Assembly: GCA_965285935.1 (NCBI GenBank)
Contig: OZ260666.1
Span: 38,192,001 to 38,256,000, forward strand
Direction: 5' to 3'
DNA length: 64,000 nucleotides
Origin: Ophelia neglecta
Taxonomy: Eukaryota
Position numbers and translations under genes: made by a program. Below, in pieces: positions 1 through 12,844 of the stretch. Position 1 is the first letter of the stretch; each line of letters starts with the position of its first letter. The notes beneath the pieces are model-generated. The model worked only from the letters and a program-made list of their open reading frames with translations, searched no databases and was not told the origin of the DNA.

Positions 1-1363
1 ATTTATGGTTAAGCGATATTATTTGATATCCCGTGTGGACGGAGTGACACGTTTTGAGGTTTGTATCGGATGTGAAAGAAATTAAAAATAATCATGTTTG
101 AATTAAGGACCCAATGACGCTTGTCGAGACGGCAGAATAATTCTGTGATAATGCAAGTAAATGTATTTTATTTAAACCAAAAGAAAGCCAATAAGTCAAT
201 TATGTTCTATGAAAAAAGAACGAAAAATTATTAATCATAATTCCGGGGTTTGTTTTTATGAGAAAAACGATTAGTTAATTTTATTACATGAAGTGACTGA
301 CTAAGCAGTGGTGTCCATGCAGGCAGCTGGATGTGCAGCATCGTGATAGCGGAGTCCCCACCAGCACAGCAATAGGCTAATTCAGTGCATGGCCATCGAA
401 AATCACACCTACCTACATACCCAACTTGGGTTTTCTAAAAAAATATAAGTATGTTGTATTAGCTGCTTGCTACCATTTGTAAATGGTCAAACCTTTATAT
501 TTTACTTCTTTTAATTCATTATAATACATGTATTCACTTTTGTACATAAGGCTCTAGCCTGGATTGTGACTCCAGTCATGATGTTCGAAATAAACCACAA
601 AGTAGGCCATTTTATTATTATGGTTTTATTCGCTGCAAAAACAGCAACATTTAAACTGTGTACCAAAATAAATAGTACAGAAAAGAGTGCGGCGAAATTT
701 TCCTTATGGAGAATAAAGTATATTCGTCTCCAATTAGAGATTTAATTTTTAGGTGCACATTTAGTCATTTAGTCCATCCATTGACCGCACTATACTGAAA
801 TGGGAGTTGTTATCTTCCTTATTTCGTATTAGACATGTCGACAGACAGCAGGAAGCACGAACACAATAAGTAATTCCTTTGCTTGCATTTAGGAGGCGAA
901 GTCTAAAGGAAAATGATATTATTAAAGTACAGACTGAGTAGCATGTAAATCTTGTTGAATACCCATTTGTTAAGTTACCATTCTTAATCGTATCTAATTT
1001 CAAGACAAACACCCAACTAAGTCCGACCTGTCACTAGTTTTCCATGCTAATTTAAGACGTATGCAAAGTTGTTCAATAGGAAAGGTAAAACAAGCGTACT
1101 TAGCACGAAGCCTACACTTATACAGGTAAATTATGCCGCTGGTGGCTCTCCACATGTATCCGTTTTTGTAATAGGTTCCGCGCTCTTCGGTCTTAACTCC
1201 CTATTATTTACACATGTCTCTATAATAATTATCTGGTTACTGTGCTTGGGTTTTATCCAATCATACAGAGGTTCATTCATCGGGTCATGAATAAATTTCG
1301 TTCAAAGAGGTATTCATTTCTGCATCGTGGGCTTTCGGTACAAAATCACATCAATAACACATC

Positions 1364-3645
1364 ATGGATAATACATTTCTATTGATTGTATACGTGAACT
1401 TTGTTTCTTACTGTAAATCTCAGCAGGGTAAGTAATAGCACGATTTACATAGGTACTTTAGGTAAACGCAAAGTTAGATGTTAAGTTACCAATATATTTT
1501 ATATTTTCTCTGTGAATATGATTAAGTTTATAATCTAATGGTCTGTCCGGAACGTAACGTTATTCAGACTGAATTATTTATTACAGATTTTTATTCCGTA
1601 TCTTTTTATACTATTATCTAGCCTTCTTGGCATTTATATATAATGTAAAGGGAGATTGTGTAACTTACGATTCGGGTGAATTTGTTTCGGTATTCTCAAC
1701 GTAGCATTTTCAGCTAATATGGTATTGAGGTCATAATATGGATTATACAATTTCGGCGAAGTTCACTGTAACTACTTTAATTGGAGAGGCGATGAGGGAA
1801 ATGGTGTTCATGACATGTGAGTCAAATTATTGATAGAAAGAACGGGCCGTTGACAGAGTACCTGAGAGGAGGAAATTGGATGGAAACAGCTCCTTATTGA
1901 CTAAATGTATTTTTGTTGTTAATATCGCTATTCTCATATATTTTAATTCTTCAGTGAACTGCTACTATTGCAGTAGTGTGACCAATACCGACCAGTGTTA
2001 TTCATACACCCAAAGCTGTGTAGGAGAGTGCTTGGTATGTTCTATCAACATCAAACCAAATATTATTTTAAAAGAGTCTCAATATTTTTTTTTATAAAAA
2101 TTCATTCAAAGGAAAATTAAGGCTTGTTTGATTAAAATTGGATGAAATTCATACTATTCGTTTATTCTTCGTTACCTCCTAGGATCAGATCAAAACTCAT
2201 CATGCCACGGGGCAGCAGACTTACACTAAAGGATGTGTTTCCTCGTGTTCTCCGGGGGAAAAGAATGACCCGGCACTGGAATATAAACGAAATGATGCCT
2301 GTTGTAAAACCTCTAAATGTAATAAGCCTACTCGTGGAATGACTAAATTGCTAGGTGAGTTACTAAAATATATTAAATACACTTTTGTAGTTATAACTAT
2401 GTATTTGGCATATTTTTCATGTATCGGAATTAAAGCTTACTAAAATAATGCGTGGGCAATTGCAAATGTTGAATAATTGGGTTTTGAAAAGGAATAAAAT
2501 GAAATAAACACGGATATAAAGTTCAATATCAAATTCAAGAATCGGAAACCTGTGTTATTGTCAAATTACGTATAAGACATCATAATGTAACACAACACCT
2601 GGCAGATTAAAATAAACTGCTTAATTCAAAAGCTTGATTACCATTAACAAATCTTTTTTTTAGAATCCTACGTCAAAAATCTCATCAAAAATGGCAGTCT
2701 AGGGCGAATAAGACAGTTGAATTAATTAACGTTTTTTCAGTTTAAAACACCATTAAGCACCCTGTTTTGGTTATTTTATCATTTTTTCTGGGGAAATCCA
2801 ACGTAATTTTTTTTCAGAAATTGCAGTGATTCAAACCGAGCACCTTGTTAAACGTTAGTTAAATTACTTAAACCAACTATTACCGGACAGAAGGACTATT
2901 TTATATACTATAGCGTATAATGTTCCCGTGAGTTCGTCTTACGACCCTTGTTTTTTGTTTACAGACGCCCCCTTGTGGTCGGCTATAGTAATTACGACAG
3001 CCATAGCTCTCATACTGATAGTAATCGTCCTATCCTTGTTGTGTAGTGGCAAGATCATCTGCTCGAGAATGGTAACAAACTTTTGCTATATGATAAGATA
3101 AACATCTCTGATCTGATTTAAAGCACAGCAATAGCGATATGCTTTGGGTAACTTTTACAGTTCTTTTGCTTTTTGCAATAGATTTAAAGATGCTCCACAA
3201 TAGGTAAGATATGCCAGTATAAATGGCATATACATTGCGTTTTGGACAGGGAGTCTCTGTAAATGATTAGCCGTTTACATGCTTGAAGACCTAGTTACGA
3301 CTTTCTATAAATTTTATGTTGCATTCAGTCAACTGTTCAGACACTATTGAGTGCAATTTTAACAGCAGACTGGCAGGTAAAAAATAGTATCAGTAGTATT
3401 TTCCTTCTTGTTAGTGGACAAAAAGACCAACACCATGGAGCAGATCAAGTTTAAATGGAAACACGCGGACGGAGAGCCACGCCATCCAGGTGTCTGATCC
3501 GCCTGATATACCAGTACCAACGGCGCCTGTCTACACCATACATGACTCGAACCCTCCCCCGAGCTACGAAGACACAGTTGGCAACAATGATAATCACAAT
3601 TGGAATATCAACCAAAGCATACACCATCCAAGTTATGAAGGATAA
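1364..3645 (+). CDS. Ly6/uPAR (three-finger) single-pass membrane protein with PPxY tail, paralog 1
   Basis: Exons 1364-1427, 1955-2034, 2183-2354, 2965-3071, 3415-3645, all GT-AG, phases 1/0/1/0. Protein: MDNTFLLIVYVNFVSYCKSQQ-VNCYYCSSVTNTDQCYSYTQSCVGECL-DQIK...KGCVSSC...ACCKTSKCN (10 Cys, CCxxxxCN end), TM LWSAIVITTAIALILIVIVLSLLC, tail containing PPPSY. Confidence 0.85.
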
Positions 3646-4487
3646 GAGGAGTCCTGTTTCCATGGAATCACGATAGCGAGTTGCGCAGAACAGTGATATT
3701 ATCTTTGCTAATTACTTTTATATCAATAGTTTTGCAAAATGAAAAATCTATATGTATAAGCTACAGTGGCAGAGTGGGGGAAAACTATTGACATGCTTGC
3801 ACCGATGGGGGGGGGGGGGTGGATCTTCAATTATACTTCCTAATAATAATCAAATCAATATATTTGAGATATTTGCGAAAATGCTATTATTAATCATAAG
3901 CTAGTTATTTTTAGAAGAGTAACGTTACTTTGTTACACATGGCCATGTGCCAATACCAAGCTAGCCGACATGTTATATTTTGTTGTTAATAAACTACGTA
4001 TATACTAGAGTAACAAAACTTTCGCAGTACCATGACTCAACCCAGACATTAATTTAAAATTCAGTCCTTAAAGAACTATTACGAAACAAAAATAAAAAAT
4101 GCGTTCAGAAGCCCATCTTAGATTTTATTCATTTATTTGGAAAGACCAATCGTGTATCTGTTTTGTACCGATTAATACTCAATCAGATAAGCCTGGACAA
4201 CATTCAGGTAGTTTTGACCCAAACAATATAGAATAGTGCCGACAAAACCGGTGTTCATCCAATCTCATTGGTCTTGGGTACTGGCAACCTTCTTCGAGGT
4301 TAGGCATTCAGCACGGTCTAAACACAACGTTTCAACCACGCTTTCCTTTCATCCAAAACATTGCCTTTTTGTCTGCCACAAGCTGTGGCTGGTATATTAA
4401 ATAAATGTGATTTTTTCCTACTGTAGTGTGTACATGTACATGTGTACTTGTCTGGGCTAATATAGAAAAAAAAAATCAAAAACGGAT

Positions 4488-4491
<4 letters not shown>

Positions 4492-4546
<55 letters not shown>
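4492..4546. repeat. (CT)n microsatellite
   Basis: Perfect CT dinucleotide run. Confidence 0.95.
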
Positions 4547-4549
<3 letters not shown>

Positions 4550-6325
4550 GAAGTAAACCGTCAACTTTGTGGGTGGTACCGTAATAGTTTTGCAAGGTTA
4601 ATAGATTTATTTAGCTTACAAGTGCTGTCTGTTTTTCGAGGCAGGTAGCATAATTTGTGTTTTCAGTCACTTAGTACAAGTTTTTCATCTTGACATGAAG
4701 TGACCTCATAGTTAAACGTTTAAATTTAACGGTTCAAAGTGCGATCATGATATTCCTATGTATGAGTGTTATATTTTCCACGTCAACACAGAACGTCCTA
4801 CCTCAGCCGCAGCTGCAAACTTTTTGTCATTAAGAAAAGAGTATTTTTTCTCTTACAGCATTAGTCATGGATTGACACTATTCTACGCTCCGATGAGTTT
4901 GAAGGGGCTGCACACTATTTTAATGGGCCAACAACATACAGTGGGTAAGTCTAGCGGTTTTAACGCACCATCAGGCAGTTCTGAGTCATATGTTACGCAT
5001 GTACTGTTTCACATAATTATAATGCGTCTAATATATGTATCTATCCAATAAAAATTTTCAAAACCCAATCATTTCTTTGTTTTCTTTATAAGCCTTGACT
5101 ATACTCTTTCTATGCATAGCCTAATCATACGTAATGTTTGAGTAATTGCTAAACATTTCATTAAAAGGCTGAGTGTCCCGCTTTTTGCACTCGACAGGGA
5201 ATTTTAATTTTTAAAAGTTTACAGTGCCAACAAATGGCCAAGACCAATAAAGAAAAGCGATACATTTTGCTTTTAAACCATATGGTCTCGACATTGGGAG
5301 CAGTTTATTTACATTGTCTGAATTGTCTTAAGAGTAATTGTCAAAATTATCAATTCTGTAATCTGTGAACAATCAAATAACATCATTCAGTAGTAAATTG
5401 TAAGAAAAATAACTATTCTGATATCATTAGATTCCGTTAAAGCATACAACTAAAACAGAGTTTACCGACAAATGGCAATAAATAATAATAAGGATAATGG
5501 TGTTAACATGACTGTACTATTTTGAAAATCCTGAGTCATAATGATTATGTATGTCCAAACCCTTTGCTGCGTTAAACGATTTGATGTTATGTCTGCGTTT
5601 AAACCTTTGACTCAGAAATAAATGCGCATGTGAAACTTCTTGTATAATGATGCACTGATTAATACGCAATCTTTCCGTTATTTATGGAAAATGCAGCTTT
5701 AATTTTTTGGTATAATTTTACGTTTCAATAGTGCTTTCAGGCGATATTTAAAACGACAATTTACTCACCCCACACTATGAACAAAATTAGAAGTTGTTTC
5801 TAACGTGACTTTTAGGATAAAAACATTTGGATGTTAAAAATGCCGCTTAGATTTTTAGGAAGCATACTTTAGAAAAAAAACTTGACTAAAGCGGAGAAAT
5901 GCGCTTTATTTATTCGGTTGAGGTCTGAAAGTCAAAAGCATGTTCTCTGCTCCTAAGCATAAGGCAAATATCGCACCTTAAGTATTGCTCGATACCACAA
6001 CGATGCATCTCGTTTTGAATCACTTCAAATTGCCATGAGCTATTGGTTAATAGACAACTGTCTACATATAACGGTCTACATCATTAACCCCGGTACTTTT
6101 AAACTATTATAGGCGCACGCAGTTCTTTCTCGTCACCTGTCGAGGGTGACGTGCTATCCTTATCGGCTGGATTCGCGATATAAGTGCTTTTCCAATATTA
6201 TTAAAATATTACACAGTAAGAAACAAATACTCTCATCTGTGCACAGGGACAAACTGTGGAACAGATATGGTATTGTGTAAGAATAAACATATATTATATT
6301 CAATATTATAGTTGGAGAGGATAAA

Positions 6326-9230
6326 ATGGAACGATGTCGTGTTATTTTCGCTTTGTCGTTTTTCATGTGCATGTTTCCGTCTTTCGAAAACAAAGGTAAG
6401 TGCGTTGGCAGAGTAAAATAACCAATACTAATTTTGCTTGTGGCTTGAACACTTATAATTGTCTTCTGCAGTGTTCAAATATGAGTTTCAGGCACTCCCT
6501 AATATGTCCACACACATGCCTGAGATCTTTCCGTACCTTAGTTATGATACCAAGGCCCCTGGAAGTTGAAGTTACTTGTTTTTGCCTAATATTACGTTTG
6601 AAGATGGTCAAATATAAACCATAACCCCGCCTAGGTTACCGGCGCTCTGCCGCCATTCCCTCCGGAGATAACGGTGTGAACTACAGAAGAAATGAGTCAA
6701 AATGTTGTTACTACATACAAATCATGTGCCCGTTCAGATTCAATACTAAAATTCCGACTTAATTTCAGCCTCATATTCTATCATTAAAGGTACTTTTCGT
6801 TTTGTCTTTTTTATTATGATTTGAACTCGGTTAAATGTTACAATAATTGCAAATGAATTTTTTGGACAAATTTACATAAATCATGTAAATTTTCTTGATT
6901 AACGATTTTGCTCATTTTCAATTTTTCGTCTTTAAATGTATTATTCCAGTGTTCATTTGGCGCGTTGTTTATCTCTATATGGCTATTTCACAGTGCTCCA
7001 TAAGCCACTGTGGGCGTTCCATTTGCCATGACTTTTGACTCCATAAAAATGAATATATAGAACAAAGTACATTAGATCCCTGGTCTATTCAGCTTTCTCA
7101 ATCTTGTTTTAATCCGCTCAAATTTATCAGGAGACACCAGTTATACGCCCTCTTAGACAGGTAAGGAGTGTCGAAATGTGAGCCTTTTCCGAAAAAAATG
7201 GCTTGAAAAATATGTAAAAGCATTGTTACAAAATTTAAAGATGTTTAAACTTGTGTGCAAAATCGCTATTATACATAGCCTGTTACAAATTAAAAAGTAA
7301 CCATTGCAACATTTGTAATCAAATTTCTGCCTTTCAATTTCACTCGTATTAGTCGAAATATGTGTATTTAAAAACATGATGTGCCACTTTTGGGATATTC
7401 AGTTCGGAGTGGTAACACAGGAACACAGAAATTGCACAGAACATTATGGATAAAAAAATTATGCAATTCAAGTTCATAATTCATTATTTCCTTAATTGTA
7501 ACGTTACAAAATAATAACAATTCATTTTGTAACTAGGAATTTATTTTCTCGTTAAGAATTGTTTGACTAATTAAAGTTTACAAATTTCTTTAGTTATTTC
7601 AAGTTGTCTGATGTTAGATCGATCATTATTTCAGTTGCATGTTACTATTGTTATCTTGTGAGTGATCCTAACGTCTGCTACCAGGAACAGCAGACGTGTA
7701 ATGGTCAGTGTACGGTGAGCCCGCTCATTATGTGCAAAAAATGTATTGAAGTTACACGAAAATCTTTCGGTTTTAACTCTTTTCAGTCGGCAAATAAAGC
7801 TAATATTAGTGAGCAAATTGTGAATGTTCTTTTAATTGAGGGTTACAGTGACAAGCCGTTTTATGATGCCTTCAATGAAATATTATAATATTTCAGACTG
7901 AAATAAAGTACTCCTATTATGGATATTCTACCATATACACCAAGGGATGTAGACTACTATGTGATCCTGGCAATCAAACGGCAAACAATTATTTGTTGCA
8001 AACTACTTGCTGCTCGACTAACTACTGCAACAAAGAAGGGATGACTCCTTATGCGGGTAAATTTTCATATTATTATATGGGTTTTTACTTTTATACAATG
8101 GTTTCAAGTCAGGGAGTATCTTATTAAGACCGCCGGTAACATATTAACCTAATTCATATATTGTTTCTCATTGTATGATCATGTGCATATTATTTGCCAT
8201 GTTAAAATGCCATGTTTTAAACCATTGGCACGGTGCAATATCAGACCGGTAGTCTGGAGCAAGCTGATATCATATCACCGCGCATTACAGGAAAAGTAAT
8301 TTGTTTACATGCATTGATTTCTTGACACGAACGTTCTTCTAGAATTAAGAACCTCTGATCATGTGTCAAGTCCCTGTGATAAATAGACCCTTCCAAGTAA
8401 GGTTAGGCTAACCTGGATTCTAATATTTAACTACCCGGGTGCGATTATCGAGTACAATTCACTTCAGATATTTGAATAAAACCAAATAAGAAAATGTAGT
8501 TAATTCTCTCCCTGTTTTACTGATTCCTGCAAAATCCCCGTTGTCCTGGCAGCAGTTCATCCTTCTTTATACTTGTTCTAGCTAACAGCTCGTGGGTGAT
8601 TTTTGGCATATTAGTTGGCATCTTCACGGGGATATGCTTGACTGCAATAATAATATTTTGGATGTGTAACTGTCTTGGGTGTTGCAAACGAAAGGTGAGC
8701 ATATTCTAGTTGGCATGAAGCAGTTGTGCTTCCTGTTTTTGATATTACGTCGATCAAATGTTAAACTGGTTTACCCTGTGGTCCTTTTTAATTAACCTCG
8801 AAAAGGAAGTCAATATTATATTGTAATTATGCGTTCCTTTCAAAGTTAGATATGTAAAGTACATAGATACATAAATGTGGTGTTATTTTAGAATGTTAGA
8901 AGGAGACCAGGGGTAGAAGACATCAACAATATTTCTCACACCAATCCAGCCTACGACTTGAGCGATATACCACAGCCGTTACCACCCCCTTACACGGCCC
9001 AAGACTTAAATCCACCCCCAATATACGAGGAAATAGTGCAAGATTCTGCGATTTCCGCTGCAGACCAATGCACAAGGAACTCGCCAGAACACGCAGAAAC
9101 AATATCATTCCAGAATGAAACCGGTCAGTGCGGCGAAATTCGACCATCTGTTAGCTCTGTGGTGACCGAAATAGTGGCGGGAACGGCTTCCGTTGAAAGT
9201 CCAGAAAATTGTGAGCGCGTTGACAAATAA
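6326..9230 (+). CDS. Ly6/uPAR single-pass membrane protein with NPxY and PPxY tail, paralog 2
   Basis: Exons 6326-6395, 7635-7714, 7897-8056, 8582-8694, 8892-9230, same phases 1/0/1/0. Signal MERCRVIFALSFFMCMF; ACYYCYLVSDPNVCYQEQQTCNGQCT...KGCRLLC...CCSTNYCN; TM WVIFGILVGIFTGICLTAIIIFW followed by CNCLGCCKRK; tail with NPAY, PPPPY, PPPIY. Confidence 0.85.
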
Positions 9231-9914
9231 GCCTACGTCATGCAAAATAAGTCGCCGTAGAAAAACGCTAAGAAGAACCGTTAATAAATACATGTAAGGA
9301 CGAAGAAAGGAGTCAATTCTTCGGGCCTGTACATACTGACCAATGGTGCTTGAATAGTTATAACAGATGATTGAAATCTTTTATGTCTTAATGTTAAATG
9401 ACGTTCTTATTTTATCAGTATGCAAGACTATATCGTTGCTATTTTCTCCTTAAATTATGTTTTCAATTTAGAAAACCTTTTATAAGTTTTTTCATTAAGT
9501 GTTTTTTTTTCAATGTAAGCCGCTTCTGACATAAATAATAACACTAACCGGCAAAGGAAATTGGTTTGCAAAAAAGAAGAATAATAAAATCCTAGCGTAC
9601 AAACAACAAATTGCCTAGTAAGGGTACAAGCAGTGATCGAACTTCATAAGCTATCGACCTTATATGTCCATGCTCCAACACCAGTCACCTATTTATTCTA
9701 CACGGGATTGGTGCAATAGTGTAGAAAAGCAATTGGATACTAGAGATAACAGGGATCGAGTATAAACTGTGCAGATGCCACTGTTTGTTGCTTTTACTAT
9801 GCCATGTAAGTCATAACAATCCTTAAATAATCCATGAATTACTATGTACAGCCGGATGAAAACATCACTTTGGATGCTGAGATAGAAATGGCTTGCATGA
9901 AAGCCCACATTTTA

Positions 9915-10154
9915 GGCATACTGGAAAAGCTGATACGAAATACCAGATACGAGACGCAGATACGAGATACGAGGTGTTTAAAACGTAGCCATATGGACTA
10001 GGTAAGGGTTAGGGTGAAGGGTTAAGTAAGGGTTTAGTTAGGTTGCTAGCTTAACCCTACCCCTAACCCTGTCATAATCCAACTCAATCTTATTTTTTCG
10101 TATCTGTGTATCTCGTATTTTCTTCGTATTTCGTATCAAGTTTTCCAGTATGCC
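9915..10154. mobile_element. MITE with 9-bp TSD (Mutator/MULE-like non-autonomous DNA transposon)
   Basis: TIRs GGCATACTGGAAAA...TTTTCCAGTATGCC with GATACGA subterminal repeats. Identical flanks CACATTTTA at 9906-9914 and 10155-10163. Internal TTAGGG/CCCTAA-like repeats. Confidence 0.85.
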
Positions 10155-12844
10155 CACATTTTATTAGTTTACGCTTGATTTAGATACCAATCATCGAGGA
10201 ATACACAAGATTTTTGCTATTCCTAATACTAAACTAGTATCAAAGGCAAGCAAAACTGAATAAAACGATGTTGACTTTTTTGCAAACAGTTGACACGAAG
10301 AAGTAACAAAACGAACCTTATGGTTGAGACAAAAGTGTTCTTTTTTGATAAATTGGCGTCATAAAAATCCGAAGCTGTCCTATCATAACTGGATAGTAAC
10401 GATTGGACAGCTTACATTAGGTGCATCAATAGGCCACACAACGTAAACTATTCAAGCACAAACAAAATGGAAAAGTCGACAATGTCAAACACACGTGAAA
10501 ATCCAGATATTCATATAATACGGAATTTCATTAAAAATGACTACAGATGAGTTCGGTAATATGAGTCTCATGCCAAAATTGTTTGCCAAATCAGAATCGA
10601 TACACTTTTACAAAAAGTAAAGTATTTGAATGCTTGATACTAAGCATATATATATATATTAGAGGTTTGAATATTCATGAGAAAAAAAAAGGCAGTGGCC
10701 GGGGTATGTAATTGTTTAAAAAGGACCATTTGTCACATTTGTGAAATATTGATACAGTAGCATGTTTTTAAGTGTGATAGTAATAATCGCTGTGAAAATG
10801 ACAAATTAAACAAATGTAACAAATCTGGGATAATGTACACAAAATCATACTAGATGGATATTTCCATGTTTACCATGGACACCGTCATGGCTTTGAATTT
10901 TTGTGTTGGAATATTAGTAGTTTACCGTTAGTAAATAGCACTCTAAATTCATAAATTAGTAAAGCTGGGGATATTTTTACCTTTAAGCCACCCATTGATA
11001 CCGTCTGCAAAAAGGATATCTAATTACGTTATCGTTAACATATAAAAAAAATGCTGCTGAACTCCAGAATTCAATTTCAAATGTATATAGTTCATATCTT
11101 TAATTATATAACACAGACTGCTATCTTTTATAAATATAACCTTAAAGTTTGAACTCTTACTTAACATTTAAATTTGTAAATTAATTAAGTCTCCTCTGAT
11201 GATAAACAGTGTGGAACGCTTTACATAAATCCTATTGTATTGCACAACTAAAAAGAACAACGACTTAAGGTTGCCATTTTGAGCTAATCTGGAGAGATTT
11301 AACGACTCAACGATAAATGCATATGAAAGAGTTCAACGTTATTCAGGAAAGAAATTGTGATAGTTTATCTGTGTATGTCGATTTATCATCATGCCCTGCA
11401 AAGTGTCATTAAGCATCTGAAAAAATATGATTCGGCATCAAAAGCTCAATTTCAAACCAAGGGCAAAAGTGAAGTTTGATATGACAACGACGAAAACGGA
11501 TGAAATGTGCCACCGCAGGTTTCAAATTATGAATGCCTACGCTGAAATGCAGGCGACAATTTTTGGGACAATACCAGAATAAACTATTCTAAATAATTCT
11601 CATTGCAACTGATATTCAATATTTGCTTTTGTTCTTTTTATTGCCTTACAAGTTTAACTGTTTGGGAAGTGAGGATTGATGTATTGATGCTTGTGGGCGG
11701 GTGGATGCTGGTTCCTGATAATTTCGAACAGAATCAATGGACTATTCTGGATTAATCTCCTTAATGTGTCTGCCGTATATCCACTCTCGTCTTTCTTAAT
11801 GCGGACAACTATTGCATATGTCTTCCTGGGTCTGAAGCTGGTGGTCTTGGATGATTTCGGGTCAATTTAATGGACTATTAGTGATTACTGACTTTGCTTT
11901 GTCATGGGCGTATCTTTTTGACTGATGTAGAAAGTTAATTTTACTATATATAGAAAACTGCATTCATTGGGACCCCGAAATCTTACCTCGCAGCCAAAAA
12001 GTTGTTTTGGGAGTTCAATAACTCCGAAAACTAACCTGGGTTTGAATAAATGATACCATCTGTGAAATTGATTAATCCTAGGTTCGTTTATTGAAAGCTT
12101 AGCTAATGCAAAGTTAGCAGTTGCAATCCTTCATAAGATTGTGTCATGGCTTTCTGATCGGCTCTCATGTTCTATCGCCAAATTCACATTACAAATCAAA
12201 TTGGTTTCCATCGCGATATTATGCTTACTACTGGTATATAACTACGGGCAATGTAAATGTCTTCAAATCAGTTATAGTTATATATCTCACGTAGCTTCTA
12301 AGCCAATGGATGATATTTACATGTAACATCATTCACAGTGATACACTTATAGTTGAGCGTATAGGGTTAATATTTTAATGTTTATACATGCGTTGAATCC
12401 CATACATAATAAATCGCATATATGAATGGGAGAATTATTAAACGCTGGTAAAGGGCAATAAGACAGGAAGGACACCATATGGTAATCAGTTTGCCTCTAT
12501 TTAAATGCAGGGTTTACAAGAGTAACTGAAGTGCGCATTTTATCTACCAAAGCACATTAAACTGACAACTTATACAAGGCCCCATTAGCTATGTGAATTG
12601 TCAACAAATAAAACGCAATGAATTGTCGGTATAAGTAATGGTTACAAGTATCAACATGTGACGCTTAGCGTAGAGTTGAGACTTATTTCGTTTTATTGAA
12701 CAGCAGTTTGGAATAAATCCTTGTTAATCACGGGCCGCCATGATAATGATCACTCGTTGTCGTATATATAACTCTAGTTCTAGTTCATTGTTCGCAAAAG
12801 GGCGTGAGTGAATAAAGCAATGTTAATAACGGAGCGCAGTGATA

